The notes below the pieces were generated by a model. The model was given only the letters and a program-made list of their open reading frames with translations, searched no databases and had not been told where the DNA came from. Below, in pieces: positions 19,144 to 27,499 of a stretch of DNA of 42,442 bases. Origin of the DNA: an uncultured bacterium (lineage in GTDB: Bacteria; Bacillota_I; Bacilli_A; RF39; UBA660); assembly GCA_949295285.1 (NCBI GenBank), contig CASFKI010000022.1, positions 1-42,442 on the forward strand, given 5' to 3'. Every line of letters starts with the position of its first letter. Within the stretch, counting starts at the first letter, position 1. The translations under genes were made by a program, and so were the position numbers.

Positions 19144-20197
19144 GAATAAAGAGAAAAAGAAAGGTATATTTCCTAAAGTATTAATTGGAATTGATGCAAT
19201 AGCTCTTATTTGCTTTTTTATAGCTTATGGTCCTTTTTCTTTTTTTAGAGATTTTATTGTAACAACTGCTATGACTACAATGAGTCATAAATATTTTGCT
19301 TATGTTTTATATAGTGAGAGTATGGTAGAAGATGTTCTTAATAATAATAGAGTGATTGAATCTAATGAATCAACTGATATTAGCGCAATAGATACTTCAT
19401 TAGGTGCTGATACTGGAGTATATGAATCTGTTTATGAGGAGCAGGTATTAAAACGAAATGAAGGAAATGATGTATATAAGGTAGTTGATATTGAGGGAGA
19501 TAATTGGAAAGGATATATGCTAGTTGTATATGATCCATCTAGATTAAGATTAGTTTTTTCTGATAATTATGGGAAAGGTGGAGAATATGTTTCAGAGATT
19601 GCTGAGGCAAATGATGCTTATATTGCTGTAAACGCTTCTGGCGTTAATTCACAACCAGGTGTTAATAAAATTACTGGTGTTGCGATTGTTGATGGTAAAA
19701 TTAAAGATCAAGGAAGGAATATAGATAAAGGTGGTGGAATAATTGGTTTTAATGAAGATAATGTATTAGTTTTAACAAAAAAATCTGCAAGTGAAGCAAT
19801 TAAAGAATATAATATAGATCGAGCTGTTGAATTTGGACCATTTTTAGTGGTTAATGGTAAAATGGCTGAATTTAAAGGTAATGGTGGATGGGGAATAGCA
19901 AATCGTACCGCTATTGGTCAAAGGCAAGATGGAATAGTTCTAATTATGGTAATAGATGGTAGAACAGTAGATTCAGTAGGAATATCTATGAAAGATTTAG
20001 CAGAATTATTTGTAAAATATAAAGCATATAATGCCGCAAATTTAGATGGCGGTGGATCGTCTACTTTATATGGAAAGAGAAATATTACTGATACGAAATC
20101 TAAGTTAATAAATACTCCTAAGGGGTATAATTATGATGGTGAGAGAAATCTTCCTAATGCTTGGGTAATAATACCAGAAGAAAATGATTTAAAATAG
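19136..20197 (+). CDS. NAGPA / phosphodiester glycosidase family protein (EpsL-like)
   Basis: N-terminal anchor, TTAMTTMSHKY, AVNASG, FGPFLVVNG, RTAIGQ, IDGR, AANLDGGGSS. ATG 19136 follows AGGTGA. Confidence 0.9.
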   Translation: MSKNKEKKKGIFPKVLIGIDAIALICFFIAYGPFSFFRDFIVTTAMTTMSHKYFAYVLYSESMVEDVLNNNRVIESNESTDISAIDTSLGADTGVYESVYEEQVLKRNEGNDVYKVVDIEGDNWKGYMLVVYDPSRLRLVFSDNYGKGGEYVSEIAEANDAYIAVNASGVNSQPGVNKITGVAIVDGKIKDQGRNIDKGGGIIGFNEDNVLVLTKKSASEAIKEYNIDRAVEFGPFLVVNGKMAEFKGNGGWGIANRTAIGQRQDGIVLIMVIDGRTVDSVGISMKDLAELFVKYKAYNAANLDGGGSSTLYGKRNITDTKSKLINTPKGYNYDGERNLPNAWVIIPEENDLK

Positions 20198-20215
20198 TTT
20201 AAAAGGAGATATAAT

Positions 20216-20773
20216 ATGGAAATTAATAGAAAAAATCCGAAAATTTATTTAATATGTGGTAAAGCTAAACATGGCAAAGATACCTTTTCATCATATTTGA
20301 AAAATCAATATGAAAAAAATAATAAAAAAGTTATAATAACACAATTATCTAAATATATTAAATATTATGCAAGAGAGATGACTGGTTGGAATTTAACTGA
20401 AGAAGATAAGCCAAGAGAGTTATTACAACAATTAGGTACTTCAGTTATTAGAGAACAACTTAAAAAAAATGATTTATTTATCAATAGGATGATAGATGAT
20501 ATTGAGGTATTTAGCTGTTTTTATGATGCAATAATTATAAGTGATGTTAGATTGAAAAAAGAAATTTCTTCTTTAAGAGAGAAATTTCCTAATTTAGTAC
20601 TCATTCATATTAACAGGCCAAATTTTGACAATGGTTTAACTGAAGAACAAAAAAAGCATAAAACTGAAATAGATCTTGATGATTTTAGTGATTTTAATAT
20701 TAATATAGAAAATACGACATTAGATAAATTAGAAAAAGATGCTGAAATTGTATACATGAATAATGAAAGTTAG
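20216..20773 (+). CDS. P-loop kinase resembling phage-type deoxynucleoside monophosphate kinases
   Basis: GKAKHGKDT, RELLQQLGT, IISDVR..E and HKTE..LD motifs. Confidence 0.7.
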   Translation: MEINRKNPKIYLICGKAKHGKDTFSSYLKNQYEKNNKKVIITQLSKYIKYYAREMTGWNLTEEDKPRELLQQLGTSVIREQLKKNDLFINRMIDDIEVFSCFYDAIIISDVRLKKEISSLREKFPNLVLIHINRPNFDNGLTEEQKKHKTEIDLDDFSDFNINIENTTLDKLEKDAEIVYMNNES

Positions 20774-20782
20774 GTGTAAAAA

Positions 20783-21925
20783 ATGAAGAATATTAAGGAT
20801 GTAAATGTTAAAGGTAAGAAAGTTTTAGTTCGAGTTGATTTTAATGTTCCAATTAAAGATGGGAAAATATTAGATGATAATAGAATAATATCAGGTTTAC
20901 CAACAATTAATTATTTAATAGATAATGGAGCGAAAGTTATCTTATTATCCCATTTAGGAAGAATTAAAAATGAAGAAGATAAGGAAAATAATAGTTTAAG
21001 GATAGTTGCTAAGAAATTATCAACACTTGTAAATGTTGCTGTATATTTTGTTCCATTTACAAGAGGTGATATATTAAATGAAACTGTTAATAATTTGTTG
21101 GAAAAAGAAATATTATTAGTCGAGAATACTAGATATGAAGATTATCCTAAAAAATTAGAAAGTTCTTGTGATGAAAGTTTATCTAAATATTGGTCTAGTT
21201 TAGCTGATATATTTGTATTAGATGCATTTGGTAGTGCTCATAGGTGTCATGCTTCTACTTATGGGATATCTAAATATATTCCTTCTTATGCTGGTATTCT
21301 ATTAGAAAATGAAATAGATATGTTAAATGAAGCATTAAAGGAAAAGAAGACTTTAGTATTAGGTGGTGCTAAAGTTGAAGACAAAATAGGAGTAATTGAT
21401 AGTTTAATATCATCTTCTAAAAATATTTTATTAGGTGGTGCTATGTGTTTTACATTTTTAAAGGCAAATGGTATAAATGTAGGCAAAAGCATAGTATCTG
21501 AAGAACATTTGGATTATGCTAAGAAATTATTATCTAAATATCATGATAAGATATTATTACCAATTGATGTAGTTACTCAAAATGGTATTAAGGATATTGA
21601 TTCATTAAATGATGATGATATTGGATATGATATTGGGATTAAAACAATTAATAAATACGAAGAAATATTAAGTAAAAGTAATTTTGTGTTATGTAATGGA
21701 CCACTTGGAAAATATGAAGAAAAAGAGTATGAAAACGGAACGAAAGAAATATTGAATTTTTTAAGTAAACAGAAATATCATACTATATTAGCAGGTGGAG
21801 ATATAGTAGCGGCTTCTAAACATTTTAATATTAAGCTATATTATTCATCTACTGGTGGAGGTTCGACATTAGAGTTTTTAGAAGGTAAAAAATTTAAAAC
21901 ATTAGAAAGATTAAATGGGGAATAA
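20783..21925 (+). CDS. pgk: phosphoglycerate kinase (compact, 380 aa)
   Basis: RVDFNVP, SHLGR, ENTR, DAFGSAHR, GGAKVEDKI, GGD, STGGG. Confidence 0.96.
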   Translation: MKNIKDVNVKGKKVLVRVDFNVPIKDGKILDDNRIISGLPTINYLIDNGAKVILLSHLGRIKNEEDKENNSLRIVAKKLSTLVNVAVYFVPFTRGDILNETVNNLLEKEILLVENTRYEDYPKKLESSCDESLSKYWSSLADIFVLDAFGSAHRCHASTYGISKYIPSYAGILLENEIDMLNEALKEKKTLVLGGAKVEDKIGVIDSLISSSKNILLGGAMCFTFLKANGINVGKSIVSEEHLDYAKKLLSKYHDKILLPIDVVTQNGIKDIDSLNDDDIGYDIGIKTINKYEEILSKSNFVLCNGPLGKYEEKEYENGTKEILNFLSKQKYHTILAGGDIVAASKHFNIKLYYSSTGGGSTLEFLEGKKFKTLERLNGE

Positions 21926-21928
21926 AAT

Positions 21929-22627
21929 ATGAAAAAAGTGATTCTTAATCATGAAAGTTATTTATTATATGATGAAATAATTAAATTTAAAAAAGAATTT
22001 GAGTCTTTAAATTATGATAAAATCAAGTTTATTATATTTCCATCAATTCAATATTTAAGTTTATTTAATAATGTAGATTATGCAGTTGGGGCGCAGAATT
22101 TCTATTCATCTAATCAAGGCGCATTTAGTGGAGAAATTAACTTAGAGTCACTTAAAAACATGAAAATTAATTATACATTAGTTGGTCAATCACAAAGAGT
22201 AAATTATATTTACGAAGATAAAAAATTAATAAAAGAGAAACTATTTAAATCATTAAATAGTAAATTTAATACTTTATTGTGTATTGGTGAGAGTAAAAAC
22301 ATGAATAAACCTTATTATACTCTTAAAAAAGAAATTAATTTTTATTTAAAAGAAATTGAAAGAAATAAATTAAAATATTTATCTATTGTATATGATCCTA
22401 AGTATTTTATGAATTGTATTGATATTGATAATTTAAAAATTATTTATAGAAAGCTTAAATTATACATTAAAAGTAAATATAATATCAATGTCGATATATA
22501 TTATGGGGGATTGGTTAATTATAATAGTGTTAAAGATTTGTTTGATGTATTTGATGGAATTGTATTAGATAAATTAAGTATAAGCATTAATAGTGTAAAA
22601 AGAATATGTAATAAATTAGAAGAATAA
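21929..22627 (+). CDS. tpiA: triosephosphate isomerase-like protein with degenerate active site
   Basis: Follows pgk; GAQN, GAFSGE, LCIGE and YGG scaffold retained, but NWK>NHE, GHSER>GQSQR and YEP>YDP. Confidence 0.85.
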   Translation: MKKVILNHESYLLYDEIIKFKKEFESLNYDKIKFIIFPSIQYLSLFNNVDYAVGAQNFYSSNQGAFSGEINLESLKNMKINYTLVGQSQRVNYIYEDKKLIKEKLFKSLNSKFNTLLCIGESKNMNKPYYTLKKEINFYLKEIERNKLKYLSIVYDPKYFMNCIDIDNLKIIYRKLKLYIKSKYNINVDIYYGGLVNYNSVKDLFDVFDGIVLDKLSISINSVKRICNKLEE

Positions 22628-22640
22628 TATATTCTTTTTT

Positions 22641-22667
22641 TATGACACTATATTACAATTTTAGACA
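22641..22667 (+). promoter_or_regulatory. three degenerate 0A-box-like heptamers at 10-bp spacing upstream of spo0A
   Basis: TATGACA (22641), TATTACA (22651), TTAGACA (22661) compared with consensus TTCGACA. Confidence 0.4.
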
Positions 22668-22735
22668 AAATAAGTCTTTTTTTATAGTAGAAATATATAT
22701 AATTTTAGTACTATAATAAAATAAAAGGAGAGAAT

Positions 22736-23497
22736 ATGAAGATTAAAGTATTAGTAGTAGATGATAATGATATGACAGTAAATTTAATTATGAAGTACTT
22801 TAATGGGAGTAAAGAAATAGAAATTATAGGTAAAGCAAAAGATGGGTTAGAAGCAATTGAAAAAATTAAATCTAATGATGTTGATGTAGTATTATTAGAT
22901 TTAATTATGCCAAACAAAGATGGTATTGGTGTTCTTGAATATTTAAAGAAAAATAATATCAATAAAAAAGTTATTATTATGAGTTCATATGGTGAAGAGG
23001 ATACAATAAAGAAGTTGTGTGAATATGGCATTAAATATTTTGCTTTAAAACCATTTAATATTGATGATATTAAAGATAAGGTTATAGAAGTTGGTAAATC
23101 AAAGAAAAATAATGAAAAATTATTGGAATTGTCTGATAAAAACATGCAAATAAAAGTAACGAAATTATTACATGAATTAGGAATACCATCTAATATTAAA
23201 GGATATCAATATATAAGAACAGCAATATTAATGGTATATGATAATCCAGGATTTATAGGAGGTATTACTAAAGAATTATATCCAGATATATCATTTAAAT
23301 TTAATACTTCAATACAAAGGGTAGAAAGAGCTATTAGACATGCTATTGAGGTATCTTGGTTAAGAGGAGATATAGATTTAATGGAAGAAATATTTGGACA
23401 TAGTGTAGATATTGATAGAGCTAAACCAACAAATTCAGAATTTATAGTTACTATAGCAGATAAGTTAAGATTAGATATGATAAATGTAAAAGCATGA
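22736..23497 (+). CDS. spo0A: sporulation master regulator Spo0A
   Basis: Receiver domain (VDD, LDLIMP, KPF) plus Spo0A_C motifs LGIP..IKGY.Y, ITKELYP, RVERAIRHAIE, KPTNSEFI. Confidence 0.96.
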   Translation: MKIKVLVVDDNDMTVNLIMKYFNGSKEIEIIGKAKDGLEAIEKIKSNDVDVVLLDLIMPNKDGIGVLEYLKKNNINKKVIIMSSYGEEDTIKKLCEYGIKYFALKPFNIDDIKDKVIEVGKSKKNNEKLLELSDKNMQIKVTKLLHELGIPSNIKGYQYIRTAILMVYDNPGFIGGITKELYPDISFKFNTSIQRVERAIRHAIEVSWLRGDIDLMEEIFGHSVDIDRAKPTNSEFIVTIADKLRLDMINVKA

Positions 23498-23513
23498 AAA
23501 AATCATGCTTTTA
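23487..23513 (+). terminator. intrinsic terminator overlapping the spo0A stop
   Basis: TAAAAGCATGA-AAAAA-TCATGCTTTTA, a perfect 11-bp stem. Confidence 0.75.
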
Positions 23514-23554
23514 ATATGATTAATCTTGTGCTACAATTGTAACAGGTGAAAACT

Positions 23555-25051
23555 ATGAAAAAAGTTATTTTATTAATATTAGATGGTTTTGGATTAAGAG
23601 AATCTGCTGATGGAAATGCAATTAAAATGACTTCTCTTCCAAATATAACAAATATATTTAATACTTATTCAGTTAGTGAGTTAGAGTGTAGTGGTATGAT
23701 GGTTGGGTTACCTAAAAATAGTTTTGGTAATTGTGCTGTTGGACATATGACCATCGGTTGTGGTAGGATAGTAAAACAACCTTGTACAATTGTTAATGAT
23801 AGTATAAAAGATAAAAGTTTTTTCGAAAATGATATTTTATTAGATATGATTGATCATGTAAATAATAATAATTCTACTCTTCATCTAATAGGTATGATAA
23901 GTGATTCTTCTAATCATTCTAGCATAGATCATTTTTATGCAATAGTTGCTCTTGCAAGAATTAAGAAGGTTAAGAATGTAATATTTCATTTTATAACTGA
24001 TGGCGTTGATACAAATAGTTTAGCAATTAATTTAATTGATTCGTTGATGGGAAAAATTGAGAAGTTGGGTATTGGAAAAATTGGTACAATATCGGGTAGA
24101 TATTATGCTCTTGATAGCGAAAGTGGATATGATAAGGTTAAGAAAGTTTATGATGCGATTGTCTATAATATAGCTAATAGTTCTACGAGTTATAAAAATT
24201 GCCTAGCACTTCATTATAAAAATAATATAAGTGATGAATATATAAATCCTAGTATTATTAGTTCAAATTCACAAATTAAAGATAATGATGGTGTATTGTT
24301 TATGGACTTAAGATGTGAAAACATGAGCAAGCTTATATCATCTTTAGTAGATAAAAAATTTAATATGTTTAGTGTTAAAAAACTAAATAATGTTAAATTT
24401 AGTGCTTTATATAGTAATATTGAAATTATACAGGGGGCATTTACAACTGAACCTATCATAAATACATTTGGAAAGTATTTGGCTAGTTTAGATTTTAAAC
24501 AAGCAAGAATAGCGGAGACTACTAAATATCCTTATGTAACATATTATTTTGATGGAGCTGAAGAATATTCTGATAAAAATTTATATAAAATATTAGTTCC
24601 ATCTTTAGATGTTGTTAAATATGATAAAAAGCCTGAAATGAGTATTGCTCAGGTCACAACTGCAACATTAAATGCAATAGATGATGATTTTGACTTCATA
24701 TTAGTTAATTTTTCAAATCCTGATTCTGTTGCACATAGTGGGAATATGCAATCGATTTCAAGAGCACTTGAGGCTTGTGATATTTGCTTAAATAAAATAT
24801 TGGAAAAAGCAAATGAAAATTTTTATGAAGTAGTTATAACATCTGATCATGGTAATGTAGAATATATGAAAAGTGAAAATAACGAAGTTTCAATATGTTC
24901 TACAGCAAATAAAGTTCCATTTGTAATTTGCAATAAAAATTATAAATTAAAATTAAATGGCTCTTTACAAGATGTAATACCAACAATCATTGATATTTAT
25001 GAAATAAGCAAACCATCTGAAATGACTGGTGAAAGTTTGATAGAAAAATAA
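23555..25051 (+). CDS. gpmI: cofactor-independent phosphoglycerate mutase-like protein with degenerate active site
   Basis: LILDG, VGLP, GRYYA, AET.KY, NFSNPD, TSDHGN and VPF scaffold; GNSEVGH reads GNCAVGH. ATG 23555 follows AGGTGA. Confidence 0.88.
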   Translation: MKKVILLILDGFGLRESADGNAIKMTSLPNITNIFNTYSVSELECSGMMVGLPKNSFGNCAVGHMTIGCGRIVKQPCTIVNDSIKDKSFFENDILLDMIDHVNNNNSTLHLIGMISDSSNHSSIDHFYAIVALARIKKVKNVIFHFITDGVDTNSLAINLIDSLMGKIEKLGIGKIGTISGRYYALDSESGYDKVKKVYDAIVYNIANSSTSYKNCLALHYKNNISDEYINPSIISSNSQIKDNDGVLFMDLRCENMSKLISSLVDKKFNMFSVKKLNNVKFSALYSNIEIIQGAFTTEPIINTFGKYLASLDFKQARIAETTKYPYVTYYFDGAEEYSDKNLYKILVPSLDVVKYDKKPEMSIAQVTTATLNAIDDDFDFILVNFSNPDSVAHSGNMQSISRALEACDICLNKILEKANENFYEVVITSDHGNVEYMKSENNEVSICSTANKVPFVICNKNYKLKLNGSLQDVIPTIIDIYEISKPSEMTGESLIEK

Positions 25052-25168
25052 ATACATTATTTTATAAATTTTGTATTTTTTTTTAATATAAAAGAAAATA
25101 GATTTACACTAATAAAATTATGTGTTAAACTATAATAGAAAATAAGTAAAAGTAGGGAAGGGATTGCA

Positions 25169-26971
25169 ATGAATGATACTAATAATAAATCAACTAATGA
25201 AAGTAGTAATAACATGTCATTGGGAACAATTCAATCACAAGATACAAATGCTTCTAGTGTAAAAAATATTCAAGATATGCAAGTTGTTAATACAAATCAA
25301 ACTAATGCTGCTTTAGAAAATAGTAATCAAGTAAGTATGAATGTTAATAATCAAGAAAATATTAATAAAGAACCAGTAAATCAAGAAAATAATAATGATG
25401 TATATATAGATAACAATGGCAATGAAATAACTGGTAAAGTTGAATTTCCATTTACAGCAATTGTTATAGGAATTGTCATTGTTTTAATTGTACTTGGATA
25501 TTATTTTCTTCATTTAACTCCTACTAGAATATTTGATGAAGCTATTGAAGATATATTTGGTAGGATTAAAACTTTTGGTATTGGATTAACTCAGCCAGAA
25601 GAAGATACACTTAGCGTAAGTATTGATGGAAAAATGCATACAAAAGGTTACGATATTGAGCAGATGGAAGACATAGCGTTTCTTGATAATTTTATTATAA
25701 ATTCCACTTTAGGTGTTGATTTAAAAAAATTAAATATTAGATTGGGACTAGTTACTGATATTAAAGAAACTACTGGTATGAAATATCCAAGTAATGTATC
25801 TATTGGTGCTGATTATATTGATGAAAAATTATATATTGAGTTATTTGAAAAGATTATTAATTTTCAAACATCTAGTGATTTAGAAAATAAATTAAAAATT
25901 GATTATAGTAGAATAAATGATTTAATATTAATTTTGGAGGAGATGAAAAATTTATGTGTTGATATAACAGATAATAAGTTTTTATCTAAAAATTTAGCAT
26001 CTAAAAAAATTAATGGACAAACAGCATATGGAATTAGAGCACATATTGTTTTAGAGGAAGAACAAATTAAGGATATATATTATGAAGGATTTAGTAGACT
26101 TCTTGAAAACGAAGATATAATTAATAGATGGGCAAATCTATTTGCTATTAGCAATGATGAAGCTATTGAAATGTTAGAAAAACTTTATAATAAAGAAGTA
26201 AAAACAAAATATATAGAAATTAATTTATATATGAATTTAGCTAATACTGATTTAATAAGTTTAGAAGTTACAGTTGATAATTTTTATTTTGAAATAAGCA
26301 GTTTAAATGGTTTTTACTATATATATTTTAAATATATTGATGATGAGGGATTTGAATTAGTTGATGCTCAAGCAGATGTTGATACATATAATCAAACGGT
26401 TGATGGTGTTATTAAAGTAAATACAACTGCTGGAAATGTAAAAATGACATTTAATTATGAACCGGGATTAGAAGTAAGTAAATATGAAAAAAAAGATGGA
26501 AAATTAAATATAGAATTTTATAATGATAATAATGAAAAACCATTTGTAACAATGAACTGTACATTAAATATAAAATATAATGATAAAGTTAACTTTATTG
26601 ATACAAGCAATTCCATTGGTATAACGCAAATTGATGATAAAGATTTTAAAGATATTATAACATTGACAAAAAAAATACCTTATGAGATGGGATTTGTTGG
26701 TAAAAAGTTGTTATTAAATAAGCTGCCTAGCAATGTTGCTGATGAAGTTGTAAATAAATATACATTAATTATTGAGGAGTATATAGAAAATGAAATAGTT
26801 AATATGATTGATTATTCATTATCTAATTTATCTAAAGATGAGATATCTCAATTAGTGAGTTCACCGGAAAATATTAATGAATTTATATCGAAATTAGAAT
26901 TTTTATCCAAGAATAATAAAAATAAAGTAATGTTAATGATAAATAATTTAATTGATAAAGTTAGTAATTAA
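25169..26971 (+). CDS. hypothetical single-pass membrane protein with N/Q-rich N-terminal tail
   Basis: 600-aa ORF with RBS; low-complexity aa 1-90, TM at about aa 95-115, large beta-rich domain after it. Confidence 0.7.
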   Translation: MNDTNNKSTNESSNNMSLGTIQSQDTNASSVKNIQDMQVVNTNQTNAALENSNQVSMNVNNQENINKEPVNQENNNDVYIDNNGNEITGKVEFPFTAIVIGIVIVLIVLGYYFLHLTPTRIFDEAIEDIFGRIKTFGIGLTQPEEDTLSVSIDGKMHTKGYDIEQMEDIAFLDNFIINSTLGVDLKKLNIRLGLVTDIKETTGMKYPSNVSIGADYIDEKLYIELFEKIINFQTSSDLENKLKIDYSRINDLILILEEMKNLCVDITDNKFLSKNLASKKINGQTAYGIRAHIVLEEEQIKDIYYEGFSRLLENEDIINRWANLFAISNDEAIEMLEKLYNKEVKTKYIEINLYMNLANTDLISLEVTVDNFYFEISSLNGFYYIYFKYIDDEGFELVDAQADVDTYNQTVDGVIKVNTTAGNVKMTFNYEPGLEVSKYEKKDGKLNIEFYNDNNEKPFVTMNCTLNIKYNDKVNFIDTSNSIGITQIDDKDFKDIITLTKKIPYEMGFVGKKLLLNKLPSNVADEVVNKYTLIIEEYIENEIVNMIDYSLSNLSKDEISQLVSSPENINEFISKLEFLSKNNKNKVMLMINNLIDKVSN

Positions 26972-26986
26972 ATTGTAAAAAAATAT

Positions 26987-27025
26987 GGAAAATCATCAAA
27001 AAACTATTGATTTTCCTTTTATTTT
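26987..27025 (+). terminator. terminator overlapping the -35 box of the S10 promoter
   Basis: GGAAAATCA ... TGATTTTCC followed by TTTTATTTT. Confidence 0.6.
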
Positions 27026-27035
27026 AGCCTATAAT
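27007..27035 (+). promoter_or_regulatory. sigma-A promoter of the S10 operon
   Basis: TTGATT-17 nt-TATAAT. Confidence 0.75.
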
Positions 27036-27050
27036 GTACTAGAAACGACT

Positions 27051-27161
27051 GGCGATGATGTGTGAAGTTGCTGATACACCAGGTTAGGTTGAATTAATTT
27101 CCTAATTAAAATCAGGTAATTCACATTTAGCAAGTCTATAAAAAATTATAGGCGAAGGAGG
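27051..27161 (+). promoter_or_regulatory. structured Firmicutes rpsJ (S10) leader with GATACACC motif
   Basis: GGCGATGATGTGTGAAGTTGCTGATACACC resembles the Bacillus rpsJ leader. Stems TGTGAA/TTCACA, CTGAT/ATCAG and TTAGG/CCTAA, plus hairpin GTCTATAA/TTATAGGC before the RBS. Confidence 0.7.
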
Positions 27162-27168
27162 AAATAAT

Positions 27169-27477
27169 ATGTCTAAAGACAAAATAAGAATTAAACTTAA
27201 ATCATTTGATCATAGAAGTATTGATCAAGCAGCAGCAAAAATTGTTGAGACTGTTAAGAGAACTGGTGGAGTTGTAAGTGGACCTGTTCCATTGCCAACA
27301 CAAATAGAAAAAATCACTATATTAAGAGCTGTTCACAAATATAAAGATGCTCGTGAGCAATTCGAAATTAGAACACACAAAAGATTAATTGATGTTGAAA
27401 ATCCATCTAAAGAAACAATTGATGCATTAGCACATATTGATGTACCTAGTGGTGTTGACATCGAAATAAAAAAATAA
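27169..27477 (+). CDS. rpsJ: 30S ribosomal protein S10
   Basis: [28 protein letters not shown]. Confidence 0.98.
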   Translation: MSKDKIRIKLKSFDHRSIDQAAAKIVETVKRTGGVVSGPVPLPTQIEKITILRAVHKYKDAREQFEIRTHKRLIDVENPSKETIDALAHIDVPSGVDIEIKK

Positions 27478-27499
27478 TTATTAAGAAAGGAAAATTAAA

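Noticed and set aside
13383-20782. The gap-pgk insert as a prophage or mobile element
   Set aside because: No integrase, transposase, structural genes or terminal repeats, and composition resembles the flanks.
22668-22705. Sigma-H promoter for spo0A (GTAGAA -10-like)
   Set aside because: No AGGA -35 element at the right spacing.
23732-23750. Sulfatase formylglycine motif at the GpmI cysteine
   Set aside because: The sequence is CAVGH, not CxPxR.
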